NCBI GenBank assembly: GCA_012026655.1
Contig: JAAILG010000138.1
Coordinates: 62,001 to 126,000, forward strand
Direction of reading: 5' to 3'
DNA: 64,000 nucleotides
Origin: Hydrolagus affinis
Taxonomy: Eukaryota
Shown: one piece after another, positions 48,583-63,166 of the stretch
Numbering within the stretch: position 1 is the first letter of the stretch
Layout: each line of letters starts with the position of its first letter
Program-made: the position numbers and the translations under genes
Notes under the pieces: model-generated
Told to the model about the DNA's origin: nothing
Seen by the model: the letters and a program-made list of their open reading frames with translations, nothing else
Databases searched by the model: none

Positions 48583-51500
48583 TATCAGTTAGACAACAGC
48601 AAACATAAGGATTTGAGATCCTACTGACAACACCATGTTTTTAATCCTTTTTAAAAGATAGTATTGACACACTGAGTTTTGCTTTGAGCATTATAATCAA
48701 ACAGTTTTTAGGATTAAATTTAAATGATCTAATGAGTTTTATACCAGATTACCACCAACACAATCTTTTTACATTTGGAATACAATACATTCTGTGTCTG
48801 AGCTTCAGTATAGCTACGTGAAGTAATATAATGGACAGCACACTGCAGAGTCTAATATGTCAGATTTCACTGCTGCGGAAGAGAATAAGGCCAGCCAGAC
48901 TAGTCATAATACAAATCTTTTTATGGGTGTGTGCTGCTATCTTAAAAGCATCTTATCCCTTTAGGGGAGAGAAAGGCTTTCATTCAGAAATATTTCTTTA
49001 TGGCAATCAGGGCCTTGCCATCAGAAAGGAGCTCTTCTATCTTTCCTGATGAACACTGAATGCCAATAAAAGAGTCAAATAACTTCTGTGGTATGAACAG
49101 ATGCTGTCTGCACTCTGATTTATTTGTCCAGCCGCTTCCAAAGCTCACATATGCACACAACACACGTTTCTTGAGCCACCACTAAAACTGTGACAGACTG
49201 CTTTTTAAGGGTGAGTTGCGTGGGTGGAGGAAGGGGTGGGGGCGGGCGGGTTCAAAAAAGATGTCTTTTGTACAATTAAGAGCTTTAAACAGAAGTTTAG
49301 CAACACATTGAACTGGTATAAACAATATCAGTGTTTAATACAAAAAATCTTTAAGACTAAATCTGCTTTTACCATATTTGCTATTACAGTATTTAAAATT
49401 CTGTTCCACAAGGAATACGGATTTTACTCCCTCCCATATACCTTCCAAGGATAGTCTTTTGCTGTCAAACTATTTAATATTAATAGTCCTTGCATTTTAT
49501 ATAGCACTTTTCATGTCTTCTGGATGTATGTTCAGCGTGGATAGCGCTATATAAATCCAAGTTGTTATATGTGGATGTGGAAATGCGGAAATAGAGGAAC
49601 AAGTTTCCATTATCACATAAAATCTGTGACTTTGACAAAAAATAAACAAGACTTGACAGACCTGTCACCTTTGTGTACTGCTGCCTGGTTTACTGACAGA
49701 ATTTAGCAATGAGACGGCACAAGTGGCTTTCAAACGACGGTTGGAGTGAATGTCAAGTTGTTTATATTGTGAATCAGGCAAGGATTTGCAACACGGTAAT
49801 TTGCAGTTGTAATGGCCTCAGCTGGGAGATTTGCCTTACAGTTCAAAGTTCAATCTCCAGCGTTTGCACGTGTGAACTCACCAGCTAGGAATTACCACAT
49901 GAAACAACAAATATACAGTAGACTGTTTTGTCGATCCCCTCGTAATCTCTTTGTAATGGGACCCCATGTTCGTTTTGTTGTTGGAGATGCCAATTGGTGG
50001 ACGGAACCCCACGCTTTGTTTGTTTGTTTATTTTTTGCCTACTTTTATTGTTGTTCTTGTCCTCGAGTCTTGTAACAGGAAATGCCTGACCTCCATCCCT
50101 ATGGAAAACCAATCAAACTCAAACATGTGGTTGCCTCATCTGGGCTGGAGCCAACCTGTTGGTTTTAATTGGCAGTTTGATCCCCCACAGCTGTAACAGA
50201 TTACAGACAAATTCTCTTCAAACAAACCCTGTTTCCCCCCTCCCCCTACCACCCCCGCCCTTCCATCCTGCCCAAAGTAATCTAGAAATAGTGAAACTAA
50301 TAAAAAGCCACTTCAGGTAGGTAATTCCAAATAACAGCTGCCAAAAAAAGCCTCAACTTCAAATAAATCAATTTATCCGTTATGCATCAATCATCAGTCC
50401 AAAAGAATTCCCCAAAGACTCCTTGATCTCTCTCATCCCTTTCAGCGCACTCTGCTATCTCTGTTTTTAAAGGAAGACTCGTATCCCAAATGCATTAAGA
50501 TGCCAAAGAGTAGAACACAGTAAAGTAGTGTGTAGTTTGCTTCGTAAATGTAACTTAAACAGATGTCCGGACTCCGGTAGAAAGCACCAAACTTCAGAGT
50601 TGCATTAAGGTATTCAGATACTGTTATGGGTATGTAAAGGTTGATGGTCATGACCTAAAGGTCTCTTGTGTTTATGAAGTGCTGCAATCAAGCAGGAGAC
50701 CTGAAGCCACTCATTTAAACCCTAGTAACCTGCTACCGGCAGCACTTATGTGTTTATTACCAATCTAATGGCTCACATTCCTCACTGATTTGAAAAAAGA
50801 AAAAACCATGGGATTAAAAGTATCATTTACTGCTGGTTGTTATTTAGTGCAAGTTCCTCTTCTTGATGTCTTACAAACCTCTACAATCTCATAAACTGAA
50901 ACGCATGGATCACTAGAACACGAAACAGTTCTATCTGTTCCTTACTGCAATACATCCATGCAGAGTTTGTTTGTTTGTCTGTTCAAGGAATAGGTGCTTT
51001 CTTCAAGTGAATGAATATTGTTTCCTCTTCAGAGGATACTCATCGTCTTTCTAGGCTTTGAACATTAGATTTGGGAGAGAAAATCTTGGTTGGAAATCAT
51101 TTTGATCTTACACTTTACGATGAGATTACACGTATGGAACTCTCGTGACATTTGTTACACATCACATTGTAAAACTATGTGGTTAATGTGCATTGTATTG
51201 AACTGAAGAGAAAGGTAGAAAATATATAAAATTGTACAAAGTACAAATTCTACCGCACAGTTCTTACTGCTGTGTTAAATTTTTAAAGGAACTATTTAGG
51301 TGTGTGGATATACATTAGGACACACCACAATGACAGTGATGCCTTTAAAAGCACCTCGGCACTGCAGAGCACAGAAATACAGTGGTAGAGAATACTGGCT
51401 CAAGGTATAACATTTTTAGTTCTTGATGCCTGCACATTCAGTCTGGCTTCAAATGAAAATCAATCCATGACAAGTTTGGCACAAAATATGGTAAACACAG

Positions 51501-52779
51501 ACTTGAAGCCATCTGATCTTGCACATAATGCTACTTGTAACAACAGCAGTATATTTTTAATTGCGCCTCGACGTATTCTGTCATGCAAGGGTTTATGTGT
51601 TTTCAGGTGTTCGTCTTGTTTACATCAGTTTTGAGCATTTCAATGAGTCTGGCCTCTTAATTGTAGCTGCGGAACAGGCCTGCTTTAAGTTTTTTTTAAT
51701 TAAATCTTTCCAAATTTGCTCCAGCAGAATGTACGCTGCATAGTTGTGAAAACAGATAGCTGAAGATTCATTCTAAACATGTGGGTCTGTTGGAGGCAAT
51801 TGGCAGTCAGTGTTGTTCACACTGCTGCAGATTCAGTATCAAACAGCACTGACATCAACGATTGCCACACTTCCGTGAAACACAACTTTGATCATAATAT
51901 TTTATAACTTAACCTGCGTATTATCCCAGAATCCCAGAAGCTGCATCGTTTTTGCAGTTTGTTTTGGTACAATTATGCCAAAGGATTACTGTAACCCAAT
52001 TTAGGAAAGGTTCTCCCCTTTGGTATCAAAGAAGGCCATAAATATTTCATTTTTCAGCATTTTACTTCCAGCCCAGGACTGTGATTAATTTTTTAAGAAG
52101 TAAGTTTTCTGCTTGTAAGGCAGCTAAAATATGCTGTGTACCAATAAAGCAAATTGATGGTGGGAATAATGGACATAACTGCAGCGGCAAAGGCCTAATG
52201 GGCTAGTTTGTAAATGAAAGGAGGTAAACGGAAAGAAGAATTATAACCATGTGAACGATTCTTTGCAAAAATAAATATCTGGGAACATATTCAAGTCTGC
52301 GGAACACACTTAGGGTTCTGGTGACTATAAATCTAGTCTTGCTCTTGAAATTGTTAGTCTAGCTCCTTGAGATATCAAACAATGTTTTAGTACCCTTTCA
52401 AGCCATCTGTTATGCAATCGATCTCATTTTCTATTATATAGAGTCTGCCTAAATGTGCAATACTACGGCAAATGGCTAAACTGCGAGTCTATCAACATCT
52501 GAAATAGAACAATAGCTTAATGTGATCCTTACGTTAATGCTTACTTCCCATCCAGACACAGATCAACATGCTATGCGTTTGATGTTTTTCCATTTAATCT
52601 GTTAGTTCTGTATTTTACTAGATTTAACCACCTGAGCTGGATACAACAAAGGTGCATGTAATGCATACTAACCACAACTTACATTTATATAGAGACCTTC
52701 AAATGGGGTAGCATCCCAGTGCGCTTATAATAGGCATGTAATAAAGCTATGCTTTTCGAATACGAACTATGTATGATTA

Positions 52780-52870
52780 ATGATAATGCTTGCATTTGAC
52801 ATAGCGCCTTATTGTATCTTCGAGTTGTCTCAAATTGCTTTATAGAATATACTGTAACGTGAATAGACTA
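52780..52870 (-). mobile_element. Short-family SINE 3' fragment
   Basis: ataatgcttgcatttgacatagcgcc..agaatatactgtaacgtgaatagact. Confidence 0.8.
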
Positions 52871-54004
52871 TAGGAAAGCATTAGGAGCAGGAACAGTCAA
52901 GGGAATTCATTAGTGGGTAAAAAAACAATCACTGGATACTGGGACCAAACTTCAAACTGATCTCAAAACTTTGTATTTTGTTCTAACCAAACTCAGTTAT
53001 TCATGTGTCATCAGTCCTCAAGTTCTGACCCAAGTAAATTGTTGGTGAAGCAAAATAACTTATGTTAGCTAAACGCACGCCACTGTCTCCCTCAAACTCT
53101 GATCTTGTCATTCAGTAAGAAGACCAGACAACTTCCCATTTAACGCCTAATTGAGGGTGGTGACTAGCCTAGCATGTCTGTCCATGCTTGGAATGGCAGA
53201 TCTACATTGCAAGTTGCCACTAAACATCCTCAGAGAACAGGGAACAGATTTGTGACTTCCGAATAGCATGCACATTGATTGTTTAACTGCTGGTAAGAAC
53301 AGTAGCAAAATTACATTTATAGAGCGCCTTTCATGTCGGCAACTTCCAGCGAGCCCTCCACGCTGTAAGGAGATGCTTCTCACAGAACCAACAGCTCCTT
53401 CTGATTGAATATCCCCTTAAGATATAAATGCAACTCGCAATCCTTCATTATGATGCATTGAACTTGCAACAATCCAGTCATGGCATTCCCAGTCAGCAAT
53501 GGAAAATGCACTCCAAATATAATTGAATAGTAAACAGCTACACCGAGCCCTAATCGACTAAAAATAATGAACTTGTGTGAGTGAAGCTTTAATACACCAG
53601 GCTCCGTTCCTGCATTTGGTTTTGTTCTGATAAAACCGTTCCCGGTTTGTTAAAGCCCACAATAAATGCATCCTTTCTAGTTTATTATTCTCTCATTTCA
53701 GCTCCTTATGGTACATCTGCTTCTCATTTCTTTGATTGCTTATTCTTTTTTTACTTGATTTTTAAGTTGCTCCTGCTTGTTGTTGTGTTTCTCTGCCTCT
53801 TCATTTGTTTTGAGAAAGCTGCTTAATGTCATGGCCCATGTCAGGCTGGCAGGTTAGGCATGATAATAAGAGGGCTCCATTGGATTCAATTGAGCAGAAG
53901 CGATTTGGATAACTTGATGTCAACAGAATCACTACCAACAATCGAGCAACTGTGAACCGTCCTTTGAAGCACTTGTCCAGATCAGTGTATTTGTCCAGAC
54001 GAAA

Positions 54005-54130
54005 AAGTTTGTCCACAAAATATACACTCAATTCACACTTCAGAATATTCTGTGAAACGCTTTGAGATCTCTAGGAGATGTGATAAGGCGCTAGATCAAA
54101 TGCAATGATTATTAGTATTAATTATTATTG
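54005..54130 (+). mobile_element. Short-family SINE 3' fragment
   Basis: tttgtccacaaaatatacactcaattcac..gtgaaacgctttgagatc..ggcgctagatcaaatgcaatgattatt. Confidence 0.85.
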
Positions 54131-54184
54131 TTTGATACGTTTGTTTCTATTGGATTTACCCCCACACGATGAAATTCATGGGAT

Positions 54185-54300
54185 AAAATCTGTGGTATTT
54201 CTAAATATGTTGATGAACACTACGAGAAATATCACCAGCATGATTCAATCCGAATCACATTGGAAGCTTCAGGACGGAGGCGATCTTGATCAGGTGGTTT
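54185..54300 (+). mobile_element. Possible CR1 RT fragment (FADD region)
   Basis: GISKYVDEH resembles ISKFADDTK, followed in another frame by KLQDGGDLDQVV, resembling LQ.DLD.L. Confidence 0.35.
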
Positions 54301-57300
54301 TGATTCACATCCACTGTTGTAGAAACACATTGGGTTTAAGAACCATATTGCGGCATGACTCCACGCCTTCAGGAGATGGTGGGGGGGTGGGGGGGTGGGG
54401 AAGGAAGAGAAAATGAGAGAGAAAAAATACTGGTGTCAGCTCAGTGGGATATCCATCAAGTGGAACCCTGTTACATTTGACTCCAGGAAATATCCCCTGC
54501 CAGTAGTCAATCCATGGGGGAAACACAGGTGTGAGGAATTGTCAAGAGAGCAAAATCCACATGCCTGGTCTCCAGGGTTCTGTAAAGCACTGTATCACGA
54601 CCAACATGAATATAATGAGTTAGCATTGCATGTAATGATTTAGCAATCGAGCAACTCTCTCCCATCAGGTTATTCTTTGTGTTGTTAATGGTCCCTAAAC
54701 ACCTACTTCAATATCCAGTGTATGGCCTGGTGGATCATAAAACCCAGTCTCATGCTTTTTGTTCATTACGAAACTTTTCAAACTGACAAAAATCATGTGA
54801 AATCGTTTAAAAAAATGATGTCTAGAAAACTTCGAAGGACCATTAAAATCACTTTGAATTGAGTTTTTTTTACACTGATACTTTCTTTGTGAGGATTAAA
54901 CTTCAACTGGTTAAATTCATCTGAATTGCATTACCTGTATATATTTTAATTGTTGTCTCTCTCCCTCTTGCTGAAATCCACCTCCCAAAACCCACCTCAT
55001 TGCACAGACTGAGAAAGCACATACAATGCAATGCATTTCGCAAGTGAGCTAGTTCTCAGCAAAGTTGATTTTCCGCAAAAAATCCTGCTTTTTTTCCCCA
55101 ACATATTTAACCTTTTTTTTCCTTTTTGTTTTGGCAGAAAACAAAATGACCCTGAAAATACCCTTTTTTAAAAAAAAAATTCTGATTGAACGCAGACACA
55201 AATGGTCCTCAAAAGCAAATGCTATCAATAAACGAGAGGATTGGACACAGCAGATGTATTGGAGTCAATCCAGCCCACGCTACAACCCTGACCTCCATCT
55301 CTGGAGCCTGAGCTGCATTCAGATTCTGCAATCATAGGCAAGGGCACACTGTTCAACTGAATGAACACAGAGCTAATCATTTTCTATCTGCTTTTTTTTA
55401 TTTCTTAATTCATCATTTTATTACCATCTTCCCTGTCTACGTGTCGGTCTCTCTCCCTGACTCTGATTTCAAGGTCAACAGAAAATAATTCAGATCACAT
55501 CTCATGGCTTGTCAAAAGTCGTACTTGCTGTGATCAATAAGGTTACTTATCTTCCTTGCCTTTCTCTTTTATATAAAGGTTTATGAATTATGCCATAAAA
55601 AACAGTGAAGTGCCTATTAACTTACAGTATGGATTGTTTAATTACTCTTCATTATTTAATTTACTTAAATGATTAATGGATTTCTTTATTCTTTCACCAT
55701 CAATCTGTTTAAATATGTTCCACCTTTCTTCATCCGCAAACTATATTGGACAATCTCTCAGAGAATATGGCTGCAGCCGGCTTAAAATGTGTAAAGTATT
55801 AGGCCATATTTGAACATCCATTGCTCAGAATAATGTGTTAACCGCTAACTCACAAAATAGATTAGCGAATTCTTCCAGGTACATATATGTTAACGACCCT
55901 CATCATGGCTAACCTCAAGCACTCAACAAAACCAAATGGACAATAGCCCCACCAAAACATCACAAACTCAGGACTAGCTTCAAATCATAGCATTGACCGT
56001 GAGATAGATCCAAGTTCTGAGTTTTGGATTTAACTCAGAACATTTGGCTCGGTGGCAAGAATGCTGCCAACTAAACCTAGGACACCTAGGAATTCACACG
56101 CTAACCCGTAAAAGTAACAAAAGGAGACTGCCAGACTCACAATAAAACATGAATGGACTACTATTAAACATTTTAACTATACCAGGTCAAGTTATAGATG
56201 TACGTTATGTAATAATTAGAATACTGTGCGTGACATTTTTAAATGTGTTTAGTTTATCGCGCACAATAGCTTGTGATGTTGTGTCTGATGAGTTACAAGG
56301 TCTCCTTTGTGAATGTAATAAGCATTAGCCATAAAACCTCACATAACATCCCTCATTTACTACTCAAAACTGAACAGTAAAAATTAGCAAACTTTTTCTT
56401 CATAGGTTGCATTGTGCAATCATCTGTAACTTATAGTGTGAAATCTTGACAATTAAAAACTTTCAGAATTACATTAGTACTGTAATTATCCAGTAAACTT
56501 TTAAAGATTATTTTACAAATCTTTTAGCAAATGCTCTGAGTTATAAGGTTGTTTTTAGGACCAGAGGATTTTGTCTATGGCAAAGCTTGTGGAACCGACT
56601 TATAAACTCTGCTAAATTCACTGTGTTTGACTCAAGAGAAGATTCAAACCAGCTGTAATGTGAAGTGAATGTAAACAAATTGTAAGCCAGGTGCATTCAA
56701 TGGCCTTTTAACATAATTGAGCCACAAGTGTTACCTAGTTCTATTTACAAATTCAACACAACACACATAGTCAGCATCAGTTGTACTGCTCATGATATTG
56801 TTGAAGATCTGCTTTCAATGATTTTTCATTAGAATTTTAAAGCAATTATTTTGTGATTATTACTTTAAAAACTAATTTAAACATTTTCAAAAACTTGCAT
56901 TTGATAAATGTTTTAGATTATTATTAATAGTAATATTAACAATAAATAACCATTCAGTTCTTGCCAGGTTTGTGACTTTGTAGCTGAGCGTTAATAGTTG
57001 TTGAGAATATTATAAGACAATAAACTCCTGAACTGATGATGGAAGATAAGTTGTAGTAATGCATGGTGGAGTTTAGAATGCTGTGGGATTATTCATATTG
57101 TAATGAAAACAGCAGCATTGCCTTATGTCAGGATTGTTTAAAAAATAATTAATTAGAAAATATTTTTTCTTGCAAGAATTGGGGTTCTTTAGAATAAGAT
57201 AGATTGAAAGTTGGGAGTTCAAACTTTACAGAAATACGTAGTCTGGGATGGAACTGCAGTGAATACAATTTATGACAGTGCCACATATTGAACTGCGTTT

Positions 57301-60300
57301 CCCTCCGTCTGAATGTTAAAGATACATAATACTATTCAAAAAGCTGACTGAGTTTTCCATGTTCTGGCCAACAATCCTCCAGATTAACTGGTCATCCACC
57401 CCATGGCTCTCTGTGAGGTCTTGTTAATGCAATTGGCTGCTGCGTTCGCATCCAAACTCAGTCAGCAATTACCTGTGAAACACTTTGCGATGTTTCAAAA
57501 TGCTGAGATTGTTTTTTTTTCTTTCTGTGTCTTTTTGCCCAAAGCTACATTTGTCAGACTGTACCTCTCGTCTCCAAGTCTGGATAATAATTTTCTCAGG
57601 TTGTGAGCCTTATTATTCTCCAGAAATAGCTCAGTGTTGATGTGCATTCACGTGATGCAAATGGGAAATTGCAACTCGAGAATGGGAATGGGGTCGTGCT
57701 GTGGCATTTTTTATATTGTAACTGGATAATCAACAGCCTGGGGTACAGTCCCTGATTTATATGTATCTATCAGCAAATATCCTTCAATCATGTGACCACA
57801 TCCTCATGCCGTGGATCATGTAACAGAATTACACACAAAACATAATTCTTGGCAAATCATTGGAACACTGCCTCACTCACAAGCGTGATCATTTTCTGGA
57901 GGATCAGTGTTTAGTTCAGCGGTGGGATTTGTTTTATTTAGTAAGGCTTCCGCCCTCCTTTTTGGTGGTCTCCATGTGCCACCCAATATCCTTGGGGTGG
58001 CAGATAATGTGTTCCTGAACCACAACTGCTAGCAATGTGTGTTCCTCTCTTGCACTCTTCCCTCAAACGTAGGACCTGACTCTTTGATCAGATAGGAACC
58101 TTACTTTGGCCCGGAATATACAGTCACCACACTTATATCCCGTGAAGCACTTTGTGTAAGGTGCTCAGGGAAGGATTATTATTATGATCGTTGTACAGTT
58201 CTTCACTCTCAGTTACTTTCGTGTATGCAGCAGTGTTAAAACTCTTGAAAGCCTTTGGAACCAAGTAATAGAGATTCTGTTTCTGCCTCATTAATTATTT
58301 TCCTTCTATTTTGCAAGGAGTGGCAAAAAATCCTTGGCTTCTCATATTTTAAGGTTTTTTTTCACCCCCAAGTTCAGTTTTGACCCCTATCATATATGCA
58401 AGTGAAACCGGCGGGTAATCTCACAGGGGAAAAAGTATGTCATCAGTGGGGCAAGTTCCATTTCCTGTATTTCATAGCTTGATGATCTGTCGGGTCCTTT
58501 TGTGCTGCAGACCCATTTATCTGTGTGGCAGAGAGCAATAAAAGTAACAAATTGCCGAGGAACGAAGAAAGGCAGGATAATCATTGGGTTGAAATAATTG
58601 TTTATTTTACTGACTTCCAGCAGTTCTGGCTTCATTTGTTACAGCCAGTACCTTAAGCCTATTCCAAATTAAATTTCAAGTCCTTGTCCAGTATAACTTG
58701 ATCACTTTATTCTTGAGCAGACAGGTTTATTAAACACTACAATGAATTTAAACTTGTAATTACCAGCCTGAAGCTCATCAAATTTTACTTGTGTAAATTG
58801 GATGGAAGAACGTGAAGAGATACAACATCATCTGGTAACTGTCTGCCCGTACCCACCAAAATTCTATAAATTCATGGTTGTATTATTCTAATGTATAAAA
58901 TCTATAAATGCTGTTGAATTAGATTGTAAGCATCAAGATCTCATTAGGGGTAAAGACACTGCCTTATGTAACATCAAGTCAAACAGATAATGAGATCCAT
59001 TATAACCTGACTATTCAATAAACAAACCACTTTTATTTTTTTTAAAAAAGGAAAATTATACACTAAATGCTATTTTCAGTTTTACACTCATGGTGCACCT
59101 CAAAAGTTACCGGTTGAGTTTCTAATCCATTGTACATTAACTATCCTTGGATGGAGCATCAGTTTGAGTGCCACAATTCACAGCAGCAACACTGAGAAGG
59201 GAATAAAACAGAGCTAGGCCATTGATTTTCTCCATTCAGGGAGCTTTGTTGGTAAGTGAATATTGGGTGAGACCAGGACAGGGATTATGTTCTGTTTGGT
59301 ATCCTCTTTGGTTGAACATCCTGTTAAAGCTCAGTGCCTGGTTTCTTACATGAAGCATAGGCAACTGGGGGCAACGTCAAAACTACTGATTGGGGCGTTT
59401 GGGGAAAAATAGGCCAAAAAACATTAGTGAGTGCCTAAGTGAAGAATAGGAAATACAATAGAGGAAACAGAATTACTGAGGGCTGGCTCAAATTGCAAGT
59501 AAGATTTTATCATGAATGAAAGTGACAAACTATCTTCACAAGTGATTGAAATGCAACTTACAGAATTTAACATTACAATAATAATACTAATCCTTATATT
59601 TGATACAGCACCTTATCAAGTCTTTTAAGGAAACAATTTGAGTAACTGGACAGTAAAATCATGTCTGCTTTTTATAAATGAAGACAATATTGACAATGTG
59701 GAACTATTTTAATCTAAAACGTGTTATGGCTAACAATGTAGAGAAGCTGTAGAGAATGAGCTTCTGTAGAGAAGCTCATTGCTGTTCAGCCACAAATATA
59801 GTCACTACATTTCACTGTAAAAATCCGTGAAGCACTTTGATGCATCTCAGTGAGGTGCCATAAGAAATACAGTTATTCTCATGATTATTATGTCACTGTT
59901 TTCTAAACCTATAAAAAGAAAACAAAATGCATTCAGCTATGAAACAACTGACAAAACACCAAATCTGAATTGACAGCATTTTGGAATCAATTGGAATCAA
60001 GGTCTTCGAATAAATTCAGTCGAAAGGTGCAATACTAATTCTAAACCTGATACCCCTTTGCTGTGTCAGGTAGCTGTTTAACGAGTATCTATATGTGGCA
60101 CACGTAGATGAAATTTCAAGTCTAATTCTGCCAAGAGGGCCACAAATTTTCTTTGATATACTCCTCGGGACAATAAAAGACTTCCTGTCACAGCGTGCAG
60201 GGAAGCAATGAGAGGATTCTACAGCCTGACCTCAATTGATGTAAAATTGGTTCCTGGGACTGAAGGCCAGAGAAAGTATCACTTCCCTCCATATCTACAG

Positions 60301-60824
60301 GATGTTGTAAAATGTTGTAATTATCCTGTTATTAAAGTTGACACCTCAGCGTTACATGAAAGAGCTTTCATGAATGTGCAAGATTGAGCTGCAATAACCT
60401 TGCTATTTTGTCTTCAATTGCGCTCTCAAGGGCAACTTTCTTGTTTAATGAAACCATTTATTTTATAATCACTGGTGGAAAAGGGTGTGGGAATTACAAT
60501 TATTTAATATATGCAAATGACTGGTCAGTAGGTATGATTACAAATATTGGCAGAAATGCGTTACATTGTTTTGACAAGAAAGCAAATTGTCTCGTAAATC
60601 TCAGTCCTTTTTTTCTCCCCCTCTGGGTTTTTGGATTATTTATTCAAACTGTGCATGGATTTTTTTTAAATCTCAGCTAGCTAATACTTATAGCCATTTT
60701 TATCTTGTTTTGTGATGCATGACACGAATCTTGCCATGTAGCTTTCTGTTAAAAACAGTTGCCAATTTTCAAGGCAGTGTCTTAGTCTACAGGATAAATT
60801 TATTTATCCAAAATTATCCCACTG

Positions 60825-61175
60825 CCCAAATTATAAAGGATTTTGATAGGATAAATGAGGAGGAACTATTAGCATTAGTAAGGAAATTAATGACCAGGGG
60901 CTATAGTCCCTTGTCCGAATCCCTAGATAAGATAATCACAAGACATTCAAGATGGTAGAATGTGGGGTGCCTTGTCAAGTAAGGTGATAGATGCAGAGTC
61001 TGTTTCAATAGGGAGGTAGATGCATGTATGAAACATGAGGAGATAAGGTAGGGCAGTGGAATTGAAGAAAACACCTTGCTCTGAGAGCCAGCGTAGAATC
61101 GATTGACTAAATGGCTTTCTTTTGTAAATTGCTGTAAATGGAATTTTTGCAAATGTAAATTTCTATGATTCTTCT
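60825..61175 (+). mobile_element. CR1 LINE 3' end
   Basis: IIKDFDRINEEELLALVRKLMTRGYS resembles CR1 KI.KG.DR...E.LF....TRGHS; gtagaatgtgg (W); 3' UTR ending ttctatgattct, the CR1-type terminal repeat. Confidence 0.8.
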
Positions 61176-61291
61176 ATTCTGCCAATACAAAGGTTTTAAT
61201 TGGATCTGTTTGCAGTTTGAAATTACAAAAAACATTCAACCCTTTCATATACAGTACATACTAATAATCCCTGCATTTGGGATTAAAAATG

Positions 61292-61545
61292 TAATAATAA
61301 TCCTTGTAGAATATTTGATATAGCACCTTATCATGTCGTTGAGATGTCTCAAAAGTCTCACAGGATATTCTGTAAAGTGGATTGACTGCATATTTTGTGG
61401 GCGAACATGGCAGTCAGTTTGCACTCAGCAATATCCCACAAATAGCCATGAAGTGCGTGACCAATTTTATTTGGGGGATTGTTGGTTAGGACACCAGGAG
61501 AAATTCCCTTCTCTTTTTTAATCATACCATGGGATATTGGAAGTC
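61292..61545 (-). mobile_element. SINE 3' ~250 bp (short-SINE tail continuing into Deu-type body)
   Basis: aataataatccttg..tttgatatagcacc..gtgggcgaacatggc..cccacaaatagccatgaagtgcgtgaccaattttatttgggggatt..caggagaaattccct. Confidence 0.8.
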
Positions 61546-63029
61546 TTAGTATAACTATTTGAATCCTTTTTGGATTATTCAACTTACACTGTGTATCACA
61601 AAATGTACTGGAATTGATTTATGGCACAAATTGTAGTGTTCCATGGGCTCATGGTTTAATGTTAATACCGTGCTTCCTGAGTACAATAGGAACTTAATGC
61701 ATGACTTGAGAATGCGAAAGCTCAGCCAAAAATCTAGTGAAAAAATCTGCAGGCTTTCTTTTGATTTGTGCTGCAAATTCACAATCCTTTTGGCAAATTT
61801 GCTGCATTATTGACAAATATAAGTGATGAAAAATTAACTTACTGGGATTGGATTTCAGGGTAAAATAAATCTACTCTCTTGTATTTTTCTCAAGCTACAA
61901 AGAGAAAGAGATTTGCCTCAAGTTAGTGTAGACTTAAAGGTCTAACTGGTGGAGGAACCTAAATGTTGATGTCTTCCAGCTTTCACTGTACAGTACATAC
62001 AAATATCTTATTTTTCTGTGGTTTTCCTCTGGTTTTATTACTGATCTCTTGCTGCAGGTTAGAGGTTCAACAACTTGCTTAGCCCAGATATTGAAGGTGA
62101 AATGTTTGCACCAGTAATGCTAAAAACCACCATAAAATTCGGATATGTATTTCTGCACTGTCCAACATGTATCTGAGAAAAAGAGAGATAAATTGAAGGA
62201 GTGGGAAAATGATTGCAGATAGTACAAGGTTTGTGAAAGTTAAATTGGAAATCACTTTTACAAAATTTAAAGAGAGTTTTTATGTTACCTTAATATCATG
62301 TCGGCAGTATGGTTCTGTTGCTTATCTCCTTTCTATATTATTGGAATCTGCCCTGATTGCAGCTTTAAAGATTTGGGATATGTAAAAAGCACAAATAAGT
62401 ATATGTTGGCAACCCCAAATTCTTCTACTGCAAAGATGAGGATTGGCATCAGGATGCGGGAGGGGGGTGCAATGGGCGATAAGGAAAATACATCGGATAA
62501 ATTGAGCCAGGATGGAGGGTTTGAGCAGGAACTATTTTAAAGAGGATAATGTACTTTAAGAGCCTGGTGTCAACACATCTGAACAGTTTAAACAGGAAGG
62601 GTGTTCTGTTGAAACATCTCGGCTGCCATTTGGATCCTTGTTGTGCACCTCTCAGGTTACTGGGACTCAAACTTTGGGACTTACTGTTGACCAAAAGATG
62701 GATTGTAAGACAGGAAAGTAATTAAACAAGTTTGCGTTAAGCTCTCACAGAGAGGAGGATCAGGAACATGGAACTGAGGGAGCAGAAAAAAGGGCAAGGT
62801 TCAAACTCAGGTGATAACCAAATAATGTGGGCATACCAGGATTTTGTTTTAGAGTGGGGGGAGGTGGGGTGGAGTTTCGAACACTCATGATAATAACTCC
62901 TGTAGAAGTACCATCACTCACCTAAGGAGCTCTAACTCTAGTCGAAGGAATAAGGAGTCAAATGTCTTCAGTAGAGAAGAAAAATAAATAAGTAATACTA
63001 ATTGTATGAGAATATCTAGGCAGCATAAA

Positions 63030-63166
63030 TCAACAACAACAAAATTACATTTATAGATCAGCATATTTGTGGAGAAATGCACATTTTGATTATTCTTTTA
63101 AAACCAATGTTTAAACAACAACAACAACAACAAAATTACATTTATAGAGCGCCTTTCATGTCGGGT
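63030..63166 (-). mobile_element. Two L2-type tail fragments, (CAA)n-aattacatttataga
   Basis: Copies at 63030-63057 and 63114-63166; the same tail occurs at 24040, 53305 and 18810-18862 (+). Confidence 0.75.

Noticed and set aside
56014-56041. 10-bp perfect hairpin
   Set aside because: Lies in a decayed SINE head and is too short for a pre-miRNA.
56285-56320. CTGATGA...GAAT hammerhead-like motif
   Set aside because: Stem II is out of register, GAAA is absent and stems I and III cannot form; other CTGANGA hits failed likewise.
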